From Mobula hypostoma (lineage: Eukaryota), in contig NC_086097.1 in NCBI RefSeq assembly GCF_963921235.1, positions 38,876,001 through 38,940,000 on the forward strand: DNA of 64,000 bases, in the 5' to 3' direction. Below are positions 12,119 to 25,595 of the stretch, piece after piece. A program made the translations under genes and the position numbers. The notes below the pieces were generated by a model, which did not search any database, was not told the origin of the DNA, and saw nothing but the letters and a program-made list of their open reading frames with translations. How positions within the stretch are numbered: the stretch's first letter is position 1; each line of letters opens with the position of its first letter.

Positions 12119-13381
12119 TTTAGACACATCTAGGCGTATTTCAGCCCTCCACAAGATGTATAATTAATTATACAACTTCAAGGAACTCAAATTCTCGAAT
12201 ACAACCTAGTCTCACATAAACTGAATGATAAACTCTTCAATCAGATGTTGATTCTCTTGATGGCCAAACAAAAATTTAAGCCAGATGGCCTCTTGAACAA
12301 CATGCTTCTTTCAATTTTGTATTGATTACAGCTCAGCAAAACATGCTGGACTGTCTCTGGACTACCACAGTCACATAATCCAGTAGGAAGTTTTCCTATT
12401 ACCTTTAAATAATAGTTTAGCCCACAATGCCCCAACCTAAGTCTTGTAAATTTCACCCTATCTCTATGACTTAAAAGGTAACAGTCTGAGACCTTTTTAA
12501 CTAGTGGGTGACTAGAAAAATAATGCCTGCCCCTTAATTCATTTTTCCAATCCTCCTGCCACTTCTTCTCTATGGGCCTGCAGTATTGGGTAAAACCAAA
12601 TGGATTCAATCACAGCTGTCCATCAAAGTGTCTTTTGCAGGGGAAGTCGGAGCGCCAAAGTAAAATTAAAAGATACCCATTTTTAGATTTGGTTAATAAC
12701 TGGGATGTGAAATTGAAACTGACTGAGGAAGACATAATTGGCCAAATTTGCCTGCCACCCGTCCCTTTTTGGCTCTTTCCAGAACCAGAAGTAGACCTAT
12801 TCCTCCTTTTTCAGCTTAAGGGAAGCAGTGCAATTTCATCGGTGTTGATCACAAATGAGTATTTAAATAATAAATGGGGATCTTATCTGAAGATTTTTAC
12901 TGATGGCTCAGTGGACCCAGAGAGCAGTAGGGCAGGATTTGGGATGTATGTGTCTCAACTTGGAGTTAAGATTGGTCACCGGGTTTCAGATTGTGTTTCT
13001 GTCTTTGCAACAGAATTATTAGCAATCCTCTGGGCCTTATGGTGGATAGAAGACTCTCGACCACGTAGGAATATCATCTGTTTGGATTCTGCTGCTGCTC
13101 GTCCTGACATAGTTATTGAGATTCTCTTAATGTTGTTTAGAGTAGAGAAGATGGGTTGTGCAGTTAGATTTTCATGGAAACCTGGGCATGCTGGGGTGGA
13201 GGGAAATGAAATTGTGGATGGCATTGCAAAGTCTTCCTTACAGAGCAGGCAAGTAGAAATTAGAGTTCCCCTAGGCAGAGCAGAATTGAGAAGTAGGATT
13301 AAAAAAGGTACAGAGAAGAAGTGGCAGGAGGATTGGAAAAATGAATTAAGGGGTAGGCATTATTTTTCTAGTCACCCACTA
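12119..13381 (-). mobile_element. RNase H-bearing non-LTR retrotransposon fragment (I/Nimb-like clade), 5'-inverted, nested in the Gypsy RT
   Basis: Plus 12572-13381 encodes RNase H ([32 protein letters not shown]); minus 12241-12571 encodes the following C-terminus (TRLRLGH, CDCG..ETVQHVLLSC). Gypsy RT breaks at NITxxNGYP and resumes at [13 protein letters not shown]. Confidence 0.85.
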
Positions 13382-15852
13382 CTGCTCATGACTTCGGCAT
13401 TTGAACTACTACAAGGAGCCTCAGTTTTCACCTGTCTTGATCCCCGTAACACCTACCATCTTGTCTGCATCCACGAAGGGGACGAGTGGAAGACGGCCTT
13501 CAACACCACCTCAGTATCTGGTCATGTCATTCGGTCTCACCAATGCCACTGCCATCTTCCAAGCCCTGGTAAATGATGTTCTCAGGGACATGCTGAACCA
13601 ATCTGTTTTTGTGTATCTTGACGACATTTTGATTTTCTGTAAGTCCCTTGCTGAACACACAGGTCATGTCTGCAGAGCTCTCCAGTGCCTTTTGGAGAAC
13701 CAGCTTTTTGTGAAGGCTGAGAAATGTGAGATTCATCGCAATACCATCTCCTTCCTGGGGTATGTAATTTCAGGCGGTTCCATTCAGATGGACGAACAGA
13801 AGGTCAAGGCGATAGTCGAATGGCCCCAACCCTCGAGTTGCCGGGAGTTACAACGCTTCTTGGGCTTCACTAACTTCTGTCGCTACTTCAGTGATTACAG
13901 TACACTGGCTGCACCACTCACTGCTCTTACTTCATCTGTCAGATTCTCCTGGTCCCCTGCTGCTGAAAAAGCATTCTCTGACCTGAAGGAATGTTTCACC
14001 TCTGCCCCCATCCTGATTCAACCCGACACTGACCAGCAGTTCATTGTGGAGGTGGATGTGTCTGACATTGGTGTAGGAGCTGTTCTCTCTCAGCACTCGG
14101 CCAAGGATGAGAAGATACACCCCTGTGCCGCCTACTCTCACCACCTCACTCCGACGGAGCGGAATTACAATGTCGGAAACCAGGAGCTACTGGTTGTGAA
14201 GCTAGCCTGGAGCGGAGGTATTGGCTGGAGGAGCCAAGGTGCCATTCGTAGTCTGGATAGATCACAAGAATCTGGAATATATCAGTACTGCCAAGTGTCT
14301 CAATTCCCGTCAAGCTCGCTCGTCCCTGTTTTTCCTCAAGATTCAATTTTACTCTGTTTTTCCACCCCATTTCCAAGAATGGAAAACCTGATGCTCTCTC
14401 TCAAAGATTTCCCTCCTCTGAGACCCCTGAGGTACCTGATGTCATCCTCCCTGCTCACTGTCTCGTGGGTGCAGCACAATGGGACATTGAATCCATTGTG
14501 CAAGCTGCTCAACAGAGCGAGGCAGCCCCTAGTCAATGCCCCACTAGTAGTGTTTATGTTCCCAGCTCTGTCCACTCACAGGCACTGCAGTGGGGTCATT
14601 CTTCCCAGTTATCCTGTCACCATGGACCCAAGCATACTAAGGTCTTCATCAGTCGGCGGTTCTGGTGGCCCTCCCTGGGAGATGACATCCACAACTTTGT
14701 CTCAGCCTGCTCGGTCTGTGCTCAAGGCAAGAATTCTAACCGGTCACCCGCTCTGTTACAGCCTCTGTCTATCTCCGAGAGACCCTGGTCCCACATTGCC
14801 CTGGATTTTGTCACTGGCCTTCCCCCATCAGATGGTAACACCGCCATCCTCACAGTAGTTGATCATTTCTCCAAGTCTGTACACTTCATTCCTTTATCTA
14901 AACTCCCCTCTGGCAAAGAAACACCCAAATTATTAGTACTGCATGTTTACCTGTAGATGTTGCGTCAGACAGGGGCTCTCAACTCACATCCAACTTCTGG
15001 AGGGCATTCTGGAATCTTCTGGGTGCCTCTGAGTCTGTCTTCAGGATTCCACCCAGAGACCAATGGCCAGACCGAGCAGGCCAACCAACAGCTAGAGACA
15101 GTATTGTGGTGTCTGGTCTCCCAGAACGGCTCCGCGTGGAGTCAGCAGCTGCTCTTGGCCAAGTGTGCCATAAACTCTCATCCGTCCTCATCCACCGGTC
15201 TGTCCCCTTTTGAGTGCTGCCTTGGCTACCAACCTCCACTGTTTCCTGCCCAGGAGGAGGTTGGCGTTCCATCTGCCAAGGCGTTCATCTGCCATTGTCA
15301 GCAGACGTGGAGGTGCATTCGCTCTGCCCTTCTCCATGCCTCTGCTAGGATCAAGCATCAAGCTGACCGCCATTGCTCCAAGGCTCCATGTTACCACCAG
15401 GGACAGCGTGTGTGGCTTTTAACCTGAGACCTGCCCCTCAAGGTGGATCCCTGCAAGCTTGTCCCCCACTTCATTGGCCCCTTTCCCATTGCTGAAGTCA
15501 TCAGCCCTGCTGCCATCCGTCTCAAGCTCCCCTCCACTCTCCGCCATATTCAACCCACCTTCCATGTGTCCTGCATCAAGCCTTTCATGAGCCACCCCCC
15601 TGTCCTGTCCCCAAACCACCACCCCCTTGGCTCATCGATGGGTCAGAGGCCTTCATGGTGCGTCAACTGCTGGACGTTCATCGCCAGGGCCGTGGCCTCC
15701 AGTACCTTGTGGACTGGGAGGGTTACGGTCCTGAGGAGAGGTACTGAGTCCCCGCCTGGACCCCTCTCTCATCAGGGACTTCCATCGCCAGCACCCAGCT
15801 TTACCTGCCGTGACCCCAGGAGGCATCCGTTTGTGGGGGGGGGGGTTGTTAC

Positions 15853-16346
15853 TATCAGTACCTCCAGTTGAACTTTGTCTTTTTGTGTGTTTTCCCCCTC
15901 GCCATCAGTCTGTGGTTTTGTATCGCCATGTGCTCTTGTTTGTTTTCATGCCCCATGTGCTCCTTTCCCCATTCTGGGTACTCCATCTCTCATCTGTTTC
16001 TCATTATTACCTGTTTTGCTACCACCTGTGTCTCATTGTGCTCCACCTATCATCTGCCTCTGTTTATTGCTCAGTGTATTTCAGTCCTGTGTTTTCACCT
16101 GTTTGTTGCCAGATTGTGCTGGTGAATTTTCCTGAGTCTTTCCATCATTTGTATCTGTACTTTGTCTGTCTGAATATTGACTCTGCCTGTTTCCCAATTC
16201 TGGTTTTTGGGTTTCTCTGAATGTTTTGATTTCTGCCTGAACTTTGATGCTGACTTTGTTTGCACTTTGGGATTTGTTACTCAATTAATATCACTGTGTG
16301 CACAGTACTGGGTCTGCAGTTTGATCCCTGCTCCAGCGTCCTGACA
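15853..16346 (+). repeat. 3' LTR of Gypsy element #2
   Basis: Copy of the 5' LTR (start mutated TG>TA), ends CTGACA followed by the TSD CCAGA. Confidence 0.9.
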
Positions 16347-17319
16347 CCAGACTCTAGGTGCATTCCCACTGTAGGTAGTCTGTCTAATCCTGTTGGAATT
16401 TTATGTGAGATCCCATTATCATTCTACTAGGCTCCAATGAATATAGGCTCACCTGTCCAATTTCTTCTCATGTGTCTAGCCTGCCATTTCAAGAATCAGT
16501 CTCATAAACATTTGTGGCATTTCTTTTATTACAGGAAAATCTTTCCTGAAATGAGGAGACCTAACTACATAGACTACTCTTGATGGTCTCACACCAATGG
16601 TTATGTATCTGCTGCAAAAATGTAGATTCTTGCTCCTGTATTCAAATCCTCCTTCCAGTTGCCTTCCTTACTGTTTGCTACACCTGAACAATTGCTTTTA
16701 GCAACTGGTTCCCCACCTGTAACCATTTTGATAATAATCTGCCTTCAGTTTTTTTGTGTGTGTGTGACAGACATCAGGTGGAAGAACTTGCACCTCTCAA
16801 AGTCCAACCCTATGTTCCTGAGGGTGCCAATGGATAAAAGGCCCTGGTGAAACTGAATTCCCTGTACAGTGGATACAATGGATTACAGGAACATTGACGA
16901 ACTCCAACCATGCCATCGACTTTGGACAACGGAGATGGGAGGTCATCGATGGCCTCTGCTCCACCGGGAGCTAAGGGCCCAAGAAAAAGACAGAAGAACT
17001 CAGCAGGTCATGCTGCATCTTTGGAAGCAAAGGGAGGGTCAACATTTCAGGTTTATTTGTTTCCACCGATGTTGCTGAATGTATCCAACAGTCTGCTTTT
17101 TGCAACAAATTACAGCATCTGCAGTCTCTTGTATCTCTAAAGCACACCGGGTCTGCTTTGCATCCTCTCCCTCTGTCTCAGCTTGGTGCAGTCTACAAAC
17201 TTAGAGGTATTATATGTAACTCCCTTTTTCAATTCATTATGTTATAGAAGTCCAGGCACTGATCTCTGGCTTAGGCAGTGTCATTCTGTGTGGTGAGGCA
17301 CAGCTCAAGCACCACCTAT

Positions 17320-17895
17320 AAATATGCTAATAACACCATTGTTGTTGGCAGAACTCAGGTGGTGATAAGGAGTGAGATAGATCAACTGGTGGACTGGCAT
17401 CACTCAGCGACAGCAAGACCAAGGAATCGATAGTGAACTTGAGAAAGGGAAAATCAGTAGAACACACACCAATCAATATTGAGGCAGCAACAGTCGAAAG
17501 GGTGAGCAACTTCAAGTTTCTCGATGGTAACATATCCAAGGATCTCCTGAGTCCAACCCATTGATGCAATAATGAAGAAGACACATAGATGGCTGCACTT
17601 CATTAGGAGTTTGGGGAAATTAGTTATTTCAGTAAAGACTCTAGCAAATTTCTACAGATGGATTTTTTTTTAAGCAGATGGTGTTGAATTTGTTACCACA
17701 GACAGCTGTGGAGACTAGGTCATTGGGTGTATTTAAGGCAGAGATTGATAGATTCTTGATTGGGCATGGCATCAAAAGTTACAGGGGGAAGGCTGGGGAG
17801 TGGGGCAGAGGAGGAGGAAAGAAAGGATTAGCTAGGATTGAATGGCAGAGCACACTCGATGGGCCAAATGCCCCAATTCTGTTCCTGTGTCTTAT
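17320..17895 (+). mobile_element. Decayed Rex1-like fragment followed by a CR1 3' fragment
   Basis: TKESIVNLR / VERVSNFKFL remnants, then NLLPQTAVE..SLGVFKAEIDRFL. Confidence 0.6.
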
Positions 17896-18259
17896 AATGA
17901 TGAAATTTATGAATTGTACCATCGTGCATAATTTTAAACCAGAATAATCATGTAAGAATCATAGCAATGTACACCACTCTCACAAAAGATATTTCCCCCT
18001 TAAAACTATACTTTAGTCACAATGTGTACATAAAATACAATGGTGTCACCATTATCTACATTCCTTGTACCAATAGTTCAGTTCATGTCATTAAAGTTTA
18101 AGACACATTTAAATAATCATACCTACAGGCAGGGAATGGGGGAATGGTAGACCATGTCCAGGCAAATAGTTTGGATTGGCATTCTGTGCTATGCTGTACA
18201 CCATTAAAATTTCCTCCTTAAACTGCTGGAGGGAAGGAGTTTCTACAATCACAACTGCT

Positions 18260-18760
18260 GCTGCTCGATGTGGTGACGTTCCGGATTGCCGCCTCTACGG
18301 TCTCTAAACTGCTAGAGGAAATCTGATGCAGGCTTTCGACCCAAAGCGTCGATCAATCTTTTCACTTCCACAGATGCCGCTCAATTTCTCCTGCGGGTTG
18401 TTCCGTTGCTCTGCAGCCCACTTCCCCCAGCCAAGCCCCGCCCCGTGTGGTGGGCCCCGCCTCCGCGCTCGCTCCGCCCACCCTGGCCGCTCCTGCCTCC
18501 TTGCCTCAGACGTGGCCCCGCCCCTGCTCCCGCGGGCGCGGTGTGCGTCGGGACGGGGAGTGACGTTGCACAATAACAACAACAGGCCGCGAGTGCGGGG
18601 GCCAGTGGCCGATGGGGTTATGGATGCGAGCTCCGTGCCTTATGGCGTGATTGTCGACACCGCAGGGGACGTGCAGCACTTGAACCGGACTGGAGTAGGG
18701 TACTATCAGCGTGAGAGGTGAGCACAAAGTTAACGATGAGTTCACAGGCCACACGCGAAT
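18260..18760 (+). promoter_or_regulatory. CpG-island promoter and first exon of the C14orf28 orthologue
   Basis: Local GC/CpG peak not attributable to a repeat; CCCCGCC GC boxes (~18436-18480), GTGACGT CRE-like sites (~18273, ~18560), TTCCGG ETS-like site; overlaps coding exon 1. Confidence 0.8.
18620..18717 (+). CDS. C14orf28: C14orf28/DORIP1 orthologue, coding exon 1 (MDASSVPYGVIVDTAGDVQHLNRTGVGYYQRE)
   Basis: ATG at 18620; donor AG|GTGAG at 18718; phase 2 joins exon 2 in frame (AG+G=Arg), and exon 2 has no Met at its start. Confidence 0.8.
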
Positions 18761-19172
18761 TTGTTTGAACTTTTCTGGAGTTCACTTCATTGCAGGAGGT
18801 GTGTCAGTTATTGGGGTAAACTCGCTCCTATCCTCAGGGCACTTCAAAACCATGACTTGTGGTTCTCCATATGTTCACTAACTGATATGATAGTCTGCAG
18901 AATAATTGGGAGTATTTGTACAGTTTCAGTTTTGAATTGGGCTATGTCATACAGCACAACATTAAGAAAATTGCATTTTTTAAAAAAAAGAGTTCTATGG
19001 TACATCCATAAAATGGATCTTTTAATGATGACATCGTAATAAAAGGAGCAAGTCAAGGTGTTGGAAGGAATGTTGTAAGTTTGCAATGTTTTTTACAGTA
19101 GATTGTTGAGTTGATTAAGTCTCCAGTAACAGCAAAAAGTCATTAATAGATATCTAAATTGCTATGATTATA

Positions 19173-19777
19173 CACCGTGGCCACTTTACCTCCTTCTGCT
19201 TCATGCTCTTCTGGTTGTAGCCTGTCCACTTCAAGGCTCACACCCAAAATGCTGGAGGAAATTAGCCATCTAGGCAGCATCTATGGAAAAGAGTAAACAG
19301 TCGAAGTTTCGGGCCGAGATCTTTGTTAGGACTTCAAGATGGTTATTGATGGTCTTTCTGCACACCACTGTTGTAACGCGTGGTTGAGTTACTGTTGCCT
19401 TGAACCAGTAAACCAGTCTGGGTATTCTCCTCTGACCTCTCTCATTAGCAGTGCATTTTCACCCATTGAGCTGCCGCACACCGTTTTTTTTTGTTTCTTT
19501 TTCACACCATTCTCTGTAGACACTGTTCTGCGTGGAAAATCCCCGGGAGATCAAGTTTCTGAGAAACCACCTTGTCTAGCACATACAATTATTTCATGGT
19601 TAAAGTCACTTAGGTTACATTTCTTCCCCATTCTAATGTTCAATCTGAACAACAACTGAACCTTTTGACTATGTCTGCTTGCTTTTATATATTAAGTTGC
19701 TGCCACATGATTGGCTGATTAGATATTTGCATTAACGAGCAGGTGTACAGATAACCTAATAAAGTGGCCACTGAGTG
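19173..19777. mobile_element. Tc1/mariner non-autonomous element with an internal Penelope terminal fragment (~19238-19335)
   Basis: TA-flanked TIRs CAC..GTGGCCACTTTA / TAAAGTGGCCACTGAGTG. Confidence 0.65.
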
Positions 19778-19900
19778 TACATCAGATATAACAAAGGAAA
19801 CTGCTTTAGACTATAGTGGTTATCTTTCAGTAGAAACACAATGTTGAATTCCCTCTTGTGTGCTGAAAATATTCTCAGAATGGAAGGCATCTCTCTGACA

Positions 19901-20625
19901 CAGTGGTGTCAAGAAAACAACCTCTCCCTCAATGTTGTAAAAACAAAGGAGCTGGTTATGGATTAGAGGAGGAATGGGGACAGGCTAACCCCTATTGATT
20001 TCAGTGGCTCTGGGATTGAGATGGTAAACAGCTTCAAGTTCCTCTGCATCCACATCAACGAGGACCTCACATGGTCTGTACACACCAGCTGTGTGGTGAA
20101 AAAGGCACAACAGCACCTCAGACAGTTGAGGAAGTTTGGTATGGACCCCCAAATCTTAAGAACTTTCTACAGGGGCACAATTGAGAACATCCTGACTGGC
20201 TGCATCACTGCCTGGTATGGGAACTATACCTCCCTGAATCGCAGGACTCTGCAGAGAGTGGTTGTGGGCAGCCCAGCACATCTGTAGTTGTGAACTTCCC
20301 ATGATTCAGGACATTTACAAGGACGGGTGTGTAAAAAGGACCCGTAGGATCATTGGGGACCCGAGTCACCACAACCACAATTTATTCCAGCTGCTACCAT
20401 CTGGGCAGCAGTACCGCAGCATAAAACCCAGGACTAACAGGCTCTGGGACAGCTTCTTCCACCAGGCCATCAGACTGATGAACTCATGCTGGTTTGCGTG
20501 TACTCTATGTTACATTGACTGTTCTATTTATTATAAATTACTATGATTGCACATTTAGATGGTGACATAACGTAAAGATTTTTACTCATGTATGTGAAGG
20601 ATATAAGAAATAAAGTCAATTCAAT
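19901..20625 (+). mobile_element. Rex1/Babar LINE 3' fragment
   Basis: VKKAQQHLRQLRKFG, FYRGTIENILTGCITAWYG, DSFFHQAIRLMN; (AATTC)n tail. Confidence 0.85.
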
Positions 20626-21491
20626 TCTTTTGATATATCAAATACAATGGGAGTAGGCTACCTGTTTCTCTCCACTCCCCAAAACTTATCTTGCCACTCA
20701 TGGTTAGCCTGCCACAAGCCTCAACTCTTTTCTTGTACACCAATACCTTGTGACCTTGAATTTAAAACCATATTTACCTTCTTAATTACCTTTAGTGAAT
20801 CAGAGGCCATAATTCTCCAGGAGAAACCACCTGCTCTGGAGAATGGGATGGGACGGGGAGAGAGCTTTGCAACATTTGAATGTTGTTTGTTTGCAAAAAG
20901 CACATACTGATGATTGAGAATAATGATTAATTTTGAATTATTCAGGAATGAATTAAACAGCTGCATTAGAACCAGGAAAGCATCAGGAGGGGTTAGGCCA
21001 TATTGCTTGCCTCTCTGTTTATGGTTCTTGCCCAGTTCTTTCTTATCCAAAGATCTTTATCCCAACCTTATTACAGTGAATAACTAAGCATTCATGGCTA
21101 TCTAAGAAAAAGAATTCCCCAAGGAATAAAGATCTTTAACCTTTTAATACTATGGAAATTAGTTACTTCAGATAGTCATGGACCACTTAGTCAATTTTTC
21201 TTTTTGTATCACGTATCAATGGACTTCCTCTTACTGCAGTACTTCTTCCAAATTTTAGGTTCTTCCTTAAAGAGAATTACCTCCATGTCTAGCCTGTCAG
21301 TAAACAGAATTGCTCTTCATTTTCCTCAACTCCGGAGAGTACTGACCAATTGTCTTCAATCACTCCAGATAAGAAGTATTTAAGAAAAATGAAAATAGGA
21401 GACAAAAATTGAGTCATAACTTGAAATATGAATTTAATATGTATGGAAACAAATCACAAAACTGATGGAGAAGGAATAAAGACCTTGGCAA

Positions 21492-21542
21492 ACACAAGGA
21501 AATCTGCAGACACTGGAAATTCAAGCAACACACACAAAAAAT
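21492..21542. mobile_element. 51-bp Penelope terminal stub with 12-bp TSD
   Basis: AGACCTTGGCAA at 21480-21491 and 21543-21554 flanks acacaaggaaatctgcagacactggaaattcaagcaacacac, the terminus also seen at 47241 and 54040. Confidence 0.7.
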
Positions 21543-21859
21543 AGACCTTGGCAAGTTTACTTTCTGGACTAATAACTTGGATCTTAAAATAAGTAGATTT
21601 AAGGTAGAAATTTTGTGTGTGCGTGTTTGCTTTTGCTGGTTTGAGCATTGAGGATAATAGTCTTTCTTTTAAAATGTATTGCTTTAGTGCCTATTTTGAA
21701 CAATTATGTAAAATAGATCTGTTTTATATACATTCTGTTTTGAAGGGGTAGGTTATTGTGTAATTCAGTTGGGGATATTATCTAAGTCCACAACCATAGA
21801 AATTTTGTGAGCAGCGGACAACATCTAATCTACAGATTACATTGAAACCATCATACTGA

Positions 21860-22520
21860 TTGCATAGGCCACAAACTTAATACTAAATACATCCTCTAAC
21901 TCCATCAACAAGCTTGCAGATGATACCGCTGCAGTGGCGGTATCTCAAATTACAACGAGTTGGAATAGGGGAAGAAGATAGAGAGCTTAGTAACATGGTG
22001 TCATGACAACAACCTTTCCCACATTGACAGCAAATGGAAAGAGCTCATCATTGACTTCAGGAAGCGGGGTGTGCTCATGCTCCTTTCCACATCAATGGTA
22101 CTGAGATTGAGAGCTTTAAGTTCCTTGGAGTGAGCATCACGAATAGCCTGTCATGGCCAAGAAAGCTCACTTTCTCAGGAAGCCAAAGAAATTCAGTACG
22201 TCCACTTTGACCCTCATCAGCTTTTAACTAGAAATCATTCTATCCAGATGCTTTGCTGCTTGGATTTGGCAATTGCTCTGCCCATGACTGAAAGAAATTG
22301 CAGAGTGATGTGCACACAGCTCAGAAACTGGTCTCTCTTCCAAGGACTCTGTCTACACTTTCTGCTGCCTTGGTAAAGTAGCCAGCATGATCAAAGGCGG
22401 CTGCCACCATGGATATTTTTTCTCCACACATCCCCACATCTCCTTCACCATCAAGATACAAAAGCCTGAAAGCATATATCACCAGGCTCAAGGACAGCTT
22501 CTATCACTCTAAAACGACTA
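21860..22520 (+). mobile_element. Decayed Rex1/Babar LINE fragment
   Basis: KLADDT, WCHDNNL, RYKSLKAYITRLKDSFY remnants. Confidence 0.65.
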
Positions 22521-22929
22521 AACTGTACTCTGACCGACAATCTACCTCGTTATTGTTTATCTCATTATACAATCTTGAGAGTCGTCTCCTAACAGGTAGC
22601 CACGAAACCCAGAAGAACCTATTAAAAAAAGACCATCAAGCACCCCACTGTGCAGAGAAAAAAAAAATCAAATCTTGCAAACAATAACTGCAAGTAAATA
22701 GCGTTCTGAGCTAAAGTCCACAAAGCGAGTCTCAGGCCCATAGTTCGGTACAGAGCTGAGTAAACATGGCGGAGCAGTGAACTGAACCAGCCTAAATCTC
22801 GCCTTGGGCACCGACTCCCTGATCTTTTCAGTCTGGCCTGGTGCCTAAATCATCATCCAAACATAAGTTTCAGTTGCTTCGATATGCTCTTGGGGCTGTG
22901 CCCGAACTTTACAATCGTTGTCCAAACAT

Positions 22930-24630
22930 CTGAACATTTGGCCCATCAAGTCTGCTCTGCCATTTCATTGTGGCTGATCCATTTTCCCTTTCAGCCCCGA
23001 TCTCCTGCCTTCTCCACATATCCTTTCATGCCCTGACCAATCACAAATCTATCAACCTCAGCCTTAAGTATACCCAATGACTTGGCTTCCACAGCCACCT
23101 GTAGCAATGAATTCCACAGATTTACCACTCCAGCTAAAGAAATTCCTCCTCATCTCCATTCTAGAAGGATGCCCCTCAATTCTGAGGATGTGTCCTCTGG
23201 TCCTACACTCTCTCATCATAGGAAACATCCTCTCCACATCCACTGTATTGAGGGCCTGCAATATTTGATGGGGCTCAGTGATGTCACTCCTAATTCTTCT
23301 GAATTCCAGTGAGTAGAGTCTCAACTCTGCCCTCTGACCTCTCAAACTTCCGGCATACTGCTTGTGTCTTCCGCAGTGAAGATGGATGCAAAATACTTAT
23401 TCAGTTTGTCTGCCATTTCCTTGTCCCCTGTTACTACCTCTTCAGTGTCATTTTCCAGCAGTCTGATATCTACTCCTGCCTTTCTTTTAGACTTTATGTA
23501 TCTGCCGAAACTTTTGGTATCCTCTTTAATATTATTGGGTAGCTTACCTTTGTAGTCTATCTTTTCCTTAATGACTTTTTTAGTTGTCTTCTGTTGGTTT
23601 TTAAAAGCTTCCCAATCCTTTAGCTTTCCACTAATTCTTATTCTATTATATGCTATGTTTTTGGCTTTTAGGTTGGGTTTAACTTCTCTTGTTAGCCATG
23701 ATTGTGTCATCCTGCCTTTAGAATACTTCTTACTCTTTGGGATGTTTTTTATCCTGTGCCTTCTGAATTGCTCCCAGAAATTCCAGCCATCGCAGCTCTG
23801 CCATCAGCTCTGACAGTATTCTTTTCCAATCTATTTTCGTCAGCTGCTCTCTCATGCCTCTGTAATTCCCGTTACTCCACTATAATACAGATACATCTGA
23901 CTTTATCTTCTCCTTATCAAATCTCAGGGTGATTCTGTCATATTATGGTCACCGGCCCCTAAAGGTTCTCTAATCAGTTCCAGTTCATTGTACAACACCC
24001 ATTCCAGAATAGCTGATCCTCTAATGGGCTCAACCACAAGCTTCTCCTAAAAAGACATCCCATAAGCATTCGAGAAATTCTCCCTCTTGGGATCCAGCAC
24101 CAACCTGACTTTCCCAATCTATCTGCATAATGAAATCCCCCATGACTATTGAAACATTGCCCTTTTGGCATGCATTTTCTCTGTCCGGTTGTAATTTGTA
24201 GACCACATCCTTACTACTGTGTGGATGTCTGTATACAACTCCTATCAGGATCTTTTACCCTTGCAGTTCCAAGCTCTATCCATAATGATTCAACACCAAT
24301 GATTCACCAACCCTATGTCAACTCCTTCTAATGATTTTATTTCATTTTTTATCAACAGATCCACACCACCCCCTCGACAGACTACCTGCCTGTCTTTTCA
24401 ATACAATGTGTATCCTTGGATGTTAAGCTCCCAGCTATAATCTTCTTTTCAGCCAAGATTCAATGGTGCCCACATCATACAACCAAGTCTGTAACTGTGC
24501 TACAAGTTCATCCACCTTTTTTCTGTGTACTGTGTGCATTCAAATATAACACCTGCAGTCCTGCATTCACTCTTTTTGATTTTGTCCGCCTATTACATTG
24601 CAACAGATCCTGTTGGCATATGTTGGGCTA
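22930..24630 (-). mobile_element. Decayed CR1 LINE
   Basis: LYSLEFRRIRSD, MADKLNKYFASIFTAED and endonuclease remnants on the minus strand. Confidence 0.8.
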
Positions 24631-25011
24631 ATAGCCTGTTACTCTGTTCTCTGGATTCAATATTTCTTTCTTTGATTCATAAATAATCATCTTCAAAATT
24701 AAATTTAGTCATGAAGTTACCAATCCTATTGATTTGAATGTTGTAGCACTGTAGGTATTTGAAAAAGATAGCATGCTCTGCCAGATGATTTGTTCCCTAC
24801 ATATGTAGTATTAATAGCTGACTTGTACATGTAAATTTGGTAATCCAATTATCTGATTATATAAACTCTTTGTTTTACTGTTAGCTAGTAATCCAGCCAG
24901 TAATTGGATTAAAATAACACTACTGGAACCACCTGAAGAAACGTGTCATGATTGATAAATTAGGGAAAAAAATTCTGATGTTTCATTTTTACATTGTATA
25001 AAATTGCCTAA

Positions 25012-25595
<584 letters not shown>

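Larger units (their letters stand above)
10135..16346 (+). mobile_element. Ty3/Gypsy chromovirus (Tf1/sushi-like) LTR retrotransposon #2, both LTRs present, non-functional
   Basis: LTRs 10135-10651 and 15853-16346 (TGTCAG...CTGACA); 5-bp TSD CCAGA (10130-10134, 16347-16351); G-rich PPT ~15835-15845; gag (LPPPEKYSGE), protease remnant, RT (YLDDILI), RNase H, integrase ([13 protein letters not shown]), chromodomain ([17 protein letters not shown]); many frameshifts and stops. Confidence 0.95.

Noticed and set aside
12572..13576. 334-aa RNase H ORF as a host gene or RNase H-RT fusion
   Set aside because: Chance read-through from an inverted LINE fragment into Gypsy RT; no promoter or splice evidence.
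13401..14858. 485-aa ORF as a functional or domesticated (PEG10/RTL1-like) gene
   Set aside because: Only part is in the pol frame; it is flanked by frameshifts, the RT is interrupted by a LINE, and both LTRs and the TSD are still present.
18326..18619. Upstream part of the 131-aa ORF as coding
   Set aside because: GC-rich promoter sequence with low-complexity translation; ATG 18620 is the more plausible start, though a longer form is not strictly excluded.
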